Shown one piece after another: positions 21,299 through 29,429 of a stretch of 64,000 nucleotides of DNA (position 1 is the first letter of the stretch; every line of letters starts with the position of its first letter). Source of the DNA: Hoeflea sp. GTDB taxonomy: Bacteria > Pseudomonadota > Alphaproteobacteria > Rhizobiales > Rhizobiaceae. The translations under genes and the position numbers were made by a program. The DNA lies in assembly GCF_039975035.1 (NCBI RefSeq), contig NZ_JBDWHW010000021.1, forward strand, positions 392 through 64,391, given 5' to 3'. The notes beneath the pieces were generated by a model. That model was not told the origin of the DNA. It did no database searches and worked only from the letters and a program-made list of their open reading frames with translations.

Positions 21299-22402
21299 CT
21301 ACTGTCCGACAAAGACGACCACTTTCTGGGCCGCGTTGTTGCCGAATCCGCCGGCATCCCATGGCGCTTGGAGTGGCTGCACCTGACCTTCAGCATCGGT
21401 TGCGCGACAGCGCAGCACGTGCTCGCCGGGGCTGGCAGTCCAGTCGCAAGTCCATTTGGTCCAGGCATAATCGCCAACAGCAGTATCCAGCCGGGCTTCC
21501 TGCCAGGCGCCATCAAGCTCCACCTCAACTCGGCTGATCGGCACACCAGCGCCCGACCATGCACGGCCGATGAGCGTTACCGGTCCGGGCTCCAGATAGC
21601 GCTTGCGCGACCCCCAGTCAGGAACGCCCGGCGGCACCATCAACGATTTCACCCGTATGGCGGATACCGGCCGACCCGGATCTTCCGCAGTTTCTCGGTA
21701 GCGATAGGTACGCAGTTGCTGAAAACCGTCATAAGGCTCCGTCAGCGCCTCAATCCGCTTAAGCCATTTGACACTTGCCATCCCGTACCAACCGGGAACA
21801 ATCAGCCGGAGCGGCGCTCCATGCTGTGGCAACAACGGCTGCCCATTCATGGCATAGACGAGCATGACATCGAGTTCTGCGATTTGCGCCAGCGTCAGCG
21901 AGCGGCCAAATGGATGGCCGACGCCCTTGTCAAAACCGTAGTCGGCGCCGGTGAAGGCGATCTCAACGGCATCAGAGCGCAGCCCCATCTGTTCGATCAA
22001 CGGTCTTAGCGGTGTGCCGGTCCATTCCGATGTGCCGACCGCCTCATAGATCCACGGCATGGCATGAAGGCGCGGTGATACGCCAGCGCGCCCATTGCCC
22101 GCGCATTCCATTGTCACAGGCAGAGTCACCTGTGGCATTGCCTTGATCTCGTCGAGCGACAGTTCGGCAGCAGTATCGAACGCGCCCGAAAAACTCAGTT
22201 TGTGATTGCCGGCATCGAGTAGCGGCACATCGAAATGATTGAGCAAATAATGCAGCCCGGTGGGTGTCACATCCAGCGCCAGGGTCTCCAGCAGAATACC
22301 AGAATTGCGGTTGGCGAGCCTCAACTCGTCCTCGCTGTAGATCCCGTCCTGAGTGTCTATCGGCCCGTTATGTCCTGCGAAGGGATTATCATTCGTTGTC
22401 AT
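21299..22402 (-). CDS. sulfite-oxidase-family molybdopterin oxidoreductase (Mo domain plus dimerisation domain), no signal peptide
   Basis: 367 aa. Mo-ligand cysteine motif TMECAGNGR. The N-terminus MTTNDNPFAGHNGPID lacks Sec or Tat features. Start lies 3 nt after the upstream stop. Confidence 0.85.
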   Translation of the reverse strand: MTTNDNPFAGHNGPIDTQDGIYSEDELRLANRNSGILLETLALDVTPTGLHYLLNHFDVPLLDAGNHKLSFSGAFDTAAELSLDEIKAMPQVTLPVTMECAGNGRAGVSPRLHAMPWIYEAVGTSEWTGTPLRPLIEQMGLRSDAVEIAFTGADYGFDKGVGHPFGRSLTLAQIAELDVMLVYAMNGQPLLPQHGAPLRLIVPGWYGMASVKWLKRIEALTEPYDGFQQLRTYRYRETAEDPGRPVSAIRVKSLMVPPGVPDWGSRKRYLEPGPVTLIGRAWSGAGVPISRVEVELDGAWQEARLDTAVGDYAWTKWTCDWTASPGEHVLRCRATDAEGQVQPLQAPWDAGGFGNNAAQKVVVFVGQ

Positions 22403-22405
22403 GCC

Positions 22406-23086
22406 CTACCCTATCACTTCATCGCTGCGGTCGTCGGTTTCGCCAAAACGCTTGAGTACTGCCGGCACGGTGCCTTCATAGACTTTCGCGAGATTGGCGG
22501 AAATTTTGGCATTCTCGCGTTCGAACAGTGAATTGCCGGCCAGATCGCTCTCGACGATGAACGGCCCCATATTGTCGGCCTCAAGCACCCACATGGCCTG
22601 GGCGAGGCCGAGTTCCTTGTTCCAGTGCACAGTCTTGACCCGCTTGACGCCACGGCCCAGCAATGCGCCGGTTCCATAACCCACCGTGGTCAGGTAGATG
22701 GCGCCATTGGGGACGAAATGCTCCCTGTAGTCCTTCGAACTCATGCCGCCCTTGCCGATGATCAGCTTGGCGCCGGATTTCGCCATCCACTCGCCGATCC
22801 ATTTGGTGAAGCGGAATGACGCCGTGGCGGTCACAGCACCCAGCCGGAATGTGCCGTCCTCATTGATGGCGGCGGCGGGCGAGCAATGGAAATTGGCTGC
22901 ACTTTCACCCGGCAACTCCATCGGAATGTTGGCCTTGTCCTCGAGCGCACGCTTGTAGACGCCTTCGCGCGCCGTATAGATCAGTCCGTCGAGATAGACG
23001 ACGTCGCCCAGCCGCAGCTCGGCCAATGCTTCGGGCGTCGGCGTGGTGCTCAGGCGGATTTTTCGTGGTTTTGAGGCATTTCCCAT
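22406..23086 (-). CDS. class-I Fe-S hydro-lyase beta subunit (FumA C-terminal / TtdB-like)
   Basis: 226 aa. LIIGKGGMSS, AIYLTTVGYGTGALL, AMWVLEADNMGPFIV. Confidence 0.85.
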   Translation of the reverse strand: MGNASKPRKIRLSTTPTPEALAELRLGDVVYLDGLIYTAREGVYKRALEDKANIPMELPGESAANFHCSPAAAINEDGTFRLGAVTATASFRFTKWIGEWMAKSGAKLIIGKGGMSSKDYREHFVPNGAIYLTTVGYGTGALLGRGVKRVKTVHWNKELGLAQAMWVLEADNMGPFIVESDLAGNSLFERENAKISANLAKVYEGTVPAVLKRFGETDDRSDEVIG

Positions 23087-24012
23087 TCCACTGTCTCCCG
23101 GCGTTGATAATCAGTGAACCAGTCCGGATCGGTGCGGTATTCCACACGTCCGTCGGCGAAAACCCGCGCCACGGCGCGGCGCGATGAAAGGCAAAATGCA
23201 TGGACTGACATCTGCATGCCGCCAGTGTGGCAGTAGCCAACCTCGATATTGGCATCAATGACCATCGACTTGCCGACAAAGCCCATCGCGCCCATGCCGA
23301 TGGAATTGCCCAGTTCCTTGAGTTCCAGCTCCAGTTCGGCGATACGCGGATCGGAATTGCGGGAGCCGACAACGCGCAGGCAGGCGGCGCGCTTGCCCAG
23401 CACCATGCAGGTATCTTTGCAGCCGCCCAGCCCGATGCCGATGATCGCCGGCTGACAGGCCAGCCCGCGCTTGCCGAAGGCGACCAGGCAATCGAGATAG
23501 AAGCGCTTGATGCCCTGGATGCCGTCTGATGGAAACAGCATGCGGTAGTCAGTGCCGAACAGCCCGCCCTTGTGCACGGTGATCAGGTCGATCCATTCGC
23601 CGCCCGGCTCATAGCCGTATTCGATTTCCGGTGCGCCGATGCCGACATTGTTGTCATGATCTGTCCGCCACAGCGGATGCACCCGGTTCGGCCGCAGTGG
23701 CACTCCATTGGTTGCGTTTGCGGTTGCCCTGCGCAAGGCAGCCTCGAGCGCGATCGGGCCGCCCTCGATTTGGGTTTCGTTGCCCATCTTGACGTACCAG
23801 CGCGGCGTGCCGGTATCGCCGCACATGGCGCGGCGATCTTCCTTGGCCGCCGTATAGTTTTCGAGCATCGCCTCAAGCACGAAGGATGACAGATCTCCGT
23901 CCTCCACATTGGCTGCTGCCTGGAGCCCGTCGAGATAATCCTGCGGGATTTCGATTGCCGCCTTGTCCATCAGGACCTCGGCCGTCTTTTGAATGATGTC
24001 GATAGGGATCAT
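23050..24012 (-). CDS. class-I Fe-S hydro-lyase alpha subunit (FumA N-terminal / TtdA-like)
   Basis: 320 aa. AMCGDTGTP (CxDTG-type cluster Cys) and further Cys in GLGGCKD and HAFCLSSRR. Overlaps the beta-subunit start by 37 nt. Confidence 0.85.
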   Translation of the reverse strand: MIPIDIIQKTAEVLMDKAAIEIPQDYLDGLQAAANVEDGDLSSFVLEAMLENYTAAKEDRRAMCGDTGTPRWYVKMGNETQIEGGPIALEAALRRATANATNGVPLRPNRVHPLWRTDHDNNVGIGAPEIEYGYEPGGEWIDLITVHKGGLFGTDYRMLFPSDGIQGIKRFYLDCLVAFGKRGLACQPAIIGIGLGGCKDTCMVLGKRAACLRVVGSRNSDPRIAELELELKELGNSIGMGAMGFVGKSMVIDANIEVGYCHTGGMQMSVHAFCLSSRRAVARVFADGRVEYRTDPDWFTDYQRRETVEWEMPQNHEKSA

Positions 24013-25778
24013 CAGCTCACCTCCACCAGGGTTTCGGGGTCACCGGCCGGCAGGATCGTCTCACCCGGCCGGACGATGGTAAACTGCACCGGCTCGCGGC
24101 TGACAGCGATGCCGTCACCGGTCTGCCGCGCCACGGTGAAATAGGAGCTTTCGAGATCGCCCTGCTCGGGAAAGTCCTCCCGGAAGTGGGCGCCGCGCGA
24201 ATTCTCCCGCTCCAGCCCTGCCTTGGCAATGACATCGGAAACTTCACACAGCGAGCGGACATTGAGCCAGTCGTGCCACGTCAGATTGAAAGCCAGATTG
24301 CCTGCATCAACGCCCGCATGCATCAACTCATCGGAGATCGCGGCGACACGGTCGGTGCCGCGCTGCATGCCGCGGCGGTTGCGGATGACGCCGACGTCCT
24401 CCCACATCGCTTCCTGCAATTCATGCCTGAGTTCCTGAATGTTCGACGGCTTGCGGCCAAGCGGTTGGCAGGCGCGCGCAACCTCGGCCTCGAGCACCGT
24501 CTCGTCAGGATCTCGCAACGCACCCATACGACGGATATCCATGCCCATGGCGTCGCCGGCCACGCCTCCATAGACGGTCGAATTGGCGACCCCGTTGCCA
24601 CCCAGCCGGTTGGAGCCGTGCGCGCCGCCTGCATCCTCGCCCGCGACATAGAGACCTTCCATCTCGGTGCGGGTGTCAATGTCCACCACCACACCGCCCA
24701 TGAAATAATGCGCCGTCGGCACCACCTCGACCTTGCCTGCAGCAAGATCAAAGCCGGAATCGGCACAGCGCTTGACCATTCCCGAGAATTTCTTGCGCAC
24801 CATGTCAGGGCCGAGATGGGCCATCGAGATGTAAACTCCCCCATTGGTCGAGGTGTTGGACTTGCGCATCTCGGCATAGATGCCGCGCGAGACAACGTCG
24901 CGGGTGGCGCGCTCGCCACGGTCATCATAATCGAACATGAAACGCCGCTCGGAGCCGTTGAGCAACTCGCCTCCCGCCCCTCGCAATCCCTCTTCCAGCA
25001 CCGTACCGGTCATCTTGGTGTGGTCACCAGCCAGAAGTCCGGTGGGATGGAACTGCACCATTTCCATGTCGCGCAGTGGCAACCCGGCGCGCAGCACCAT
25101 CGCCAGCCCGTCCATGGTCTTGTCGCCGGATGGCGTGTGATACTTGTACATGGTCGGCCCGCCGCCGGTGGCCATCAGCACGGTCTTGGCGCGAACGAAG
25201 CGGAACTTTCCTGTTCGCATGTCGATCATCAACACGCCGGCCAGCGCCGAGCCGTCTTTCGTCGGAATCAGGCCGATTGCGCGGTGTTCCTGAAGCTTCT
25301 CCACCGGGCGTGAGAGCACCTGCTCCATCAGCCGGTTGATGATCTCGATTCCGGTCAGATCGCCCTTGTGCACGGTGCGGTCCGCAGTCTGGCCGGCAAA
25401 GGCCTTGTGATGCAACGTCCCGTCGGCATTGCGGTCGAAGAAACAGCCGATTTCGTTTTCGAGTTCGCGCACCCGCACCACTGCCTGCTCGCAGAGTTTC
25501 CAGGCCATGTCCTGGTTGGGCAGCCATTTGCCGCCATTGATGGTGTCCATGAAATGACGTTCGACCGTATCGCCCGATCCGAGTGCGACATTGTAGCCGC
25601 CCTGCACCATGCGGGTGCAGCCGCATTTGCCGATCAGGCCCTTGACCGCGACAGTCACCTTGGTGCCTGCCGGCGCGGTCTGCATGGCGTGGAGTGCGGC
25701 AAACATACCGGCGCCTCCTGTGCCGAGAATAAGGATGTCAGTGTCGTGGCGATCGATTGTCATCTTGGTCATGCTCAT
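24012..25778 (-). CDS. succinate dehydrogenase/fumarate reductase-type flavoprotein subunit
   Basis: 588 aa. ILILGTGGAG, MVQFHPTGL, EEGLRGAGGELLN, TAHYFMGGV, NRLGGNGVANS. The canonical RSHT histidine is replaced (GCT). Confidence 0.9.
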   Translation of the reverse strand: MSMTKMTIDRHDTDILILGTGGAGMFAALHAMQTAPAGTKVTVAVKGLIGKCGCTRMVQGGYNVALGSGDTVERHFMDTINGGKWLPNQDMAWKLCEQAVVRVRELENEIGCFFDRNADGTLHHKAFAGQTADRTVHKGDLTGIEIINRLMEQVLSRPVEKLQEHRAIGLIPTKDGSALAGVLMIDMRTGKFRFVRAKTVLMATGGGPTMYKYHTPSGDKTMDGLAMVLRAGLPLRDMEMVQFHPTGLLAGDHTKMTGTVLEEGLRGAGGELLNGSERRFMFDYDDRGERATRDVVSRGIYAEMRKSNTSTNGGVYISMAHLGPDMVRKKFSGMVKRCADSGFDLAAGKVEVVPTAHYFMGGVVVDIDTRTEMEGLYVAGEDAGGAHGSNRLGGNGVANSTVYGGVAGDAMGMDIRRMGALRDPDETVLEAEVARACQPLGRKPSNIQELRHELQEAMWEDVGVIRNRRGMQRGTDRVAAISDELMHAGVDAGNLAFNLTWHDWLNVRSLCEVSDVIAKAGLERENSRGAHFREDFPEQGDLESSYFTVARQTGDGIAVSREPVQFTIVRPGETILPAGDPETLVEVS

Positions 25779-26116
25779 ACCGCCTGCAGTAAGAAAGTTC
25801 CGGCCACAAGGAACGCAGCAGCGACCGCGGAGGCGGCCATTGTCTTGTGCCGCGGCGACCAGGGGAGGAATTCCAGCGCCAGCAGCCTCAGCCCACCGAA
25901 GACGTGAACCGCCAGCAGAAAGACGAGGCCGAATTCGGCCAGTTTCACAAGGGGATTGTCTGCAAAACGCAAGTACCTGTCGAGTTCGTCAGGCTGGTCG
26001 AGCGCCAGCGCTAGCATGTAGAAATGCGCAGGCAGGAACAGCGCCAGCCCCAGACCCGAAAGCCGGTGCAGCAGATAGGCGATCCACAATGGATGCGAGC
26101 GGTGCGGACGGATCAT
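25775..26116 (-). CDS. SDH/FRD membrane anchor subunit (SdhC-like)
   Basis: ATG at 26116 (MIRPHRSHPLW) gives an ATGA overlap with the upstream ORF. LLHRLSGLGLALFLPAH motif. 3 TM. Confidence 0.75.
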   Translation of the reverse strand: MIRPHRSHPLWIAYLLHRLSGLGLALFLPAHFYMLALALDQPDELDRYLRFADNPLVKLAEFGLVFLLAVHVFGGLRLLALEFLPWSPRHKTMAASAVAAAFLVAGTFLLQAV

Positions 26117-26445
26117 GACAGCGTCACCGCGAAAAGCGCGCGCAAGCCCATTGCCAGCAACAGCAGGCCTGCAAGCCACATGAAAATCTCCAGCCCCTTG
26201 CCTTTCAGGCCCAGGGTCTCGTGCACGATAACGCGCAAACCGATGGATGCATGCATCGACACCGCCACAATGAACAGGCCGTAGAAAGCAAACCAGACGA
26301 CGCTACCCTTGGTTCGTCCCAGAATTTCGGCTGTGGTGAGTCCGCCCTGTATGGCATAGATCATCACCGCGATGTGGCCGAGCGTCAGCGGGATCATCAC
26401 CATCGCGCTCAGCCGTTGCACCATGTAAAGCCGCAGACCCAGCAT
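26113..26445 (-). CDS. SDH/FRD second small membrane anchor subunit
   Basis: 110 aa with 3 predicted TM helices. Abuts the Fe-S subunit stop with no gap. Confidence 0.65.
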   Translation of the reverse strand: MLGLRLYMVQRLSAMVMIPLTLGHIAVMIYAIQGGLTTAEILGRTKGSVVWFAFYGLFIVAVSMHASIGLRVIVHETLGLKGKGLEIFMWLAGLLLLAMGLRALFAVTLS

Positions 26446-27174
26446 CTAGCGCCCTCCTTTGAAGAAGGAGGCGGTCGTGGCCCTTTTGAGACCGGCAATC
26501 GCCTTCATCGGATTGAGTCCGTTGGGGCAATGCAAGGTGCAACTCCCCTGGCTGTGACAGTTGTGACAGCCGCCCTTGCCGGAAACCGCATTGAGGATGG
26601 CATTTGGATCGGCGTCCTTGGGATCGAGATAGAGGGTCCAGGCCCTCTGCAGCGCTGCCGGTCCGAGAAAATCGACGTTGTTCGCCACCGTGTCGCACGC
26701 CGCGTAGCAGACCGAGCAATTGATGCATTCGATGCCGGTATCGGCCTCCACCCGCGCAGGCGTCGACGGGTCCAGTGTCTCGATGGCATCGTCACGGCTC
26801 TTCGTCGGATGGTGCTTTCCACCTGCCGCGATCCATTTGTCGAAGAATGGATCCATGTCCGCGGCCAGATCCTTGATCACCGGCAGATTGCGCAGGGGTG
26901 CGATGGTGATGGCGTTGTCCTTGAGCACTTTCTTGACATGGGTACGGCAGGTCCAGCGCGGCACCCCGTTGACCATCATGGCGCAGGAACCGCACATGCC
27001 GACACGGCAAGCATAGCGGTAGGACAGGGTTGGATCGGCATGCTGCTGGATCCAGGCAACAACATCGAGAATGGTCTGGCTTTCCTGGGCCGGAACCGTG
27101 AAATGCTGGAGTTCGCCGCCCGCCGCGTCACCGCGCCAGACCGATACGTCCATATCTTGCATGCTTTCCGACAA
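26446..27174 (-). CDS. succinate dehydrogenase/fumarate reductase iron-sulfur subunit
   Basis: 242 aa. CRVGMCGSC (2Fe-2S), CINCSVCYAAC, CHNCHSQGSCTLHCP. TTG start 5 nt after GAGG (alternative ATG at 27162). Confidence 0.9.
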   Translation of the reverse strand: MSESMQDMDVSVWRGDAAGGELQHFTVPAQESQTILDVVAWIQQHADPTLSYRYACRVGMCGSCAMMVNGVPRWTCRTHVKKVLKDNAITIAPLRNLPVIKDLAADMDPFFDKWIAAGGKHHPTKSRDDAIETLDPSTPARVEADTGIECINCSVCYAACDTVANNVDFLGPAALQRAWTLYLDPKDADPNAILNAVSGKGGCHNCHSQGSCTLHCPNGLNPMKAIAGLKRATTASFFKGGR

Positions 27175-27253
27175 AACCGCCTCGATGACTCTGAATGGGT
27201 GTCTGCCTTTATAGTTGTGAGGTTTCCTAACACAAAGGAATAAATGCTAACGA

Positions 27254-27277
27254 ATTATGTAATCTTTGCTTACGTAA
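27254..27277. promoter_or_regulatory. second copy of the 20-nt box (ATTATGTAATCTTTGCTTAC) plus TTACGTAA palindrome, upstream of the SDH-like operon
   Basis: Read directly. 18/20 identical to 17023..17042 and in the same orientation. GTAA-N7-TTAC dyad. Lies 80-99 nt upstream of the start at 27174. Confidence 0.6.
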
Positions 27278-27352
27278 AAGTTGCTTTGCAATACCCGGGT
27301 TTTGGCTAATGTGGAGGCCAGGTTACGAACCAGTTGAGGAACAGGCCCACCC

Positions 27353-27967
27353 ATGATCACACTTTGCTATGCCAATGGCACCGCCGCGCTGGCGCCGCAT
27401 ATCCTGCTCGAAGACGCGGGCGCCGAGTATGAAACCAGGTTGGTCGACTTCTCCGCAACCGAGCAGCAATCGCCTGATTTCCTGGCTATCAATCCCAAGG
27501 GCCGGGTTCCTGCGCTGATCACGCCAAAGGGCACGCTCACCGAAACACCGGCGATCCTGGCCTTCATCACGCAAATCTATCCGCACGCCAATCTGGCGCC
27601 ATCCGACGCGTTCGACTTTGCCGAAGCCCAGGCCTTCAACCTCTATCTCGCCGCCACTGTGCATGTGAACCATGCCCACAAGCAACGCGGTAGCCGGTGG
27701 ACCAAGGACGAAGCCGCGCAGGAGAAAATGCGCGAGACCGTGCCCGCCAACATGACCGAATGCGCCCGCATCATTGAGCAGCATTACCTCAAGGGGCCCT
27801 GGGTGATGGGCGACACCTATTCGATGTGTGATCCCTATCTGTTCGTCATCAGTCGCTGGATGAAGGCCGATGGCGTCAATCTCGATGATTTTCCTGCCAT
27901 CACGGCTCATTTTGCCGCCATGCAGGAACGCCCCAGTGTGCAGAAAATCATGCGGATACACACATAA
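27353..27967 (+). CDS. glutathione S-transferase
   Basis: 204 aa. N-terminal thioredoxin-like GST pattern (FLAINPKGRVPALI) and helical C-domain. Confidence 0.85.
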   Translation: MITLCYANGTAALAPHILLEDAGAEYETRLVDFSATEQQSPDFLAINPKGRVPALITPKGTLTETPAILAFITQIYPHANLAPSDAFDFAEAQAFNLYLAATVHVNHAHKQRGSRWTKDEAAQEKMRETVPANMTECARIIEQHYLKGPWVMGDTYSMCDPYLFVISRWMKADGVNLDDFPAITAHFAAMQERPSVQKIMRIHT

Positions 27968-28249
27968 GAAGCGCTGATTGCACGACTATCCCCGACAGGC
28001 GTGAGCCGTTGCTTTTCTAAAGGTTTCCGCCCGCATCAGGTAAGACCCATCGAAAATCGGATCACGGACCTTCTGGCAACGATTCGTCGAGCATGGCTTG
28101 AAAAAGGAGTGGACCCAGGAAGCGGCACAGAAAGGTTCCGACCGAAAATTCATCAGCCTCGCCATGCGCCGGTTCATTCTGAGGGGCGTGTCACCAGCGT
28201 CTCAGTTTCCGGCAACCAGGTATTTTGCCGTCAGCATGTCATTTTCGAG

Positions 28250-29395
28250 TCAGATAAGATTTCGCGCGGCGAGGTTGCGCATGAAACAAGCGACACCGAA
28301 CGTCCATTCCGGACATTCCGTCGAAAACCGCACCGTGTTCGTGAGACTGCCAAGAGCCGGTGACGCAATCGTGACGACATCGCCGAGTTTGTGGGTAAAC
28401 CCTTCGCCCGGCGCATCCCGGTCCTGGGTCGGCGCAAACAATGTCCCGAGGAACAACACGAGCCCGTCGGGGTACTGGTGATGACGACCCAACGTCTGGG
28501 CGACGAGACCGGCTGGATCGCGGCTGATTTCCTTCATCGAGGAATGGCCCTTGAGCACATAGCCGTCCTCGCCGGTGACGGTCAGGTCGAGCTCAGCCTG
28601 GCGAACATCATCGAGTGTGAAGTCGCTGTCAAACAGACGGATCATCGGCCCGATAGCGCAACTCGCATTGTTGTCCTTGGCCTTTCCAAGCAGCAGTGCC
28701 GAGCGCCCCTCGACGTCGCGCAGATTGACATCATTGCCGAGCGAGGCCCCGACAATCCTGCCTTTCGAGGATACCGTGAGCACGATTTCGGGCTCGGGAT
28801 TGTTCCATTTGGAAATCGGGTGCAGCCCGACATCCGCTCCGGGACCGACCGATGACAGCACCTGTGCCTTGGAGAACACCTCGGCATCCGGACCGATGCC
28901 GACTTCCAGATACTGGCTCCACAAGCCTTCAGCGATCAGCGCCGCCTTGACCTGCGCCGCTTCGTCCGAGCCCGCCTTGATGGCGCGCAGTGAACCGCCG
29001 ATTGCCTCCCCGACCCGCGCCCGGATCTCCAGCGCCTTGCTCGGGTCACCGGCAGCCTGCTCCTCGATCACGCGCTCAACCATCGAAGACGCAAACGTGA
29101 CCCCGCAGGCCTTGACTGCCTGCAGATCGCACGGCGCCAGAAAATGCAGGCTGTTCATGTCGCCAGCTCTGTTGCTCGCGATCTCTGCAAGTGTACCCAG
29201 AGACGCTCCCGGGGCAGTACGCACATAGCCGGTCGGATCATCCATCTCGCAGATGTCGCTAACTGTCGGCGCCATTTTTGATGTGATATCGATGACTGTC
29301 CCATCCCGGATCGTCACGACGGAGGGTCCACCTGCTTCCGGCGACCAGATTCGTCCGACGTAGACCCCATCAGCGGGCAGGTGAAATCTGGTCAT
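28250..29395 (-). CDS. fumarylacetoacetate hydrolase (FAH) family protein, long form
   Basis: 381 aa. C-terminal FAH-fold pattern (LVLFLGTLFAP...GDVVTI). Family call from overall pattern only. Confidence 0.65.
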   Translation of the reverse strand: MTRFHLPADGVYVGRIWSPEAGGPSVVTIRDGTVIDITSKMAPTVSDICEMDDPTGYVRTAPGASLGTLAEIASNRAGDMNSLHFLAPCDLQAVKACGVTFASSMVERVIEEQAAGDPSKALEIRARVGEAIGGSLRAIKAGSDEAAQVKAALIAEGLWSQYLEVGIGPDAEVFSKAQVLSSVGPGADVGLHPISKWNNPEPEIVLTVSSKGRIVGASLGNDVNLRDVEGRSALLLGKAKDNNASCAIGPMIRLFDSDFTLDDVRQAELDLTVTGEDGYVLKGHSSMKEISRDPAGLVAQTLGRHHQYPDGLVLFLGTLFAPTQDRDAPGEGFTHKLGDVVTIASPALGSLTNTVRFSTECPEWTFGVACFMRNLAARNLI

Positions 29396-29429
29396 TGGAC
29401 GTATCCTTCAAGTGCAAGTGACAACCGAC

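Noticed and set aside
22406-24012. Interpreting the split hydro-lyase as housekeeping fumarase or plain L-tartrate dehydratase
   Set aside because: This is not excluded biochemically. However, housekeeping class-I fumarase in proteobacteria is usually a single fused polypeptide. This pair is also translationally embedded between an SDH-like flavoprotein and a SUOX-family gene. It is kept as an alternative hypothesis inside the main finding.
24186-25313. 375-aa plus-strand ORF inside the flavoprotein gene, with similar cases at 26221..27243, 20620..21537 and 21119..22009
   Set aside because: These are antisense to strongly supported genes. They have no motifs and an Arg/His-rich low-complexity translation.
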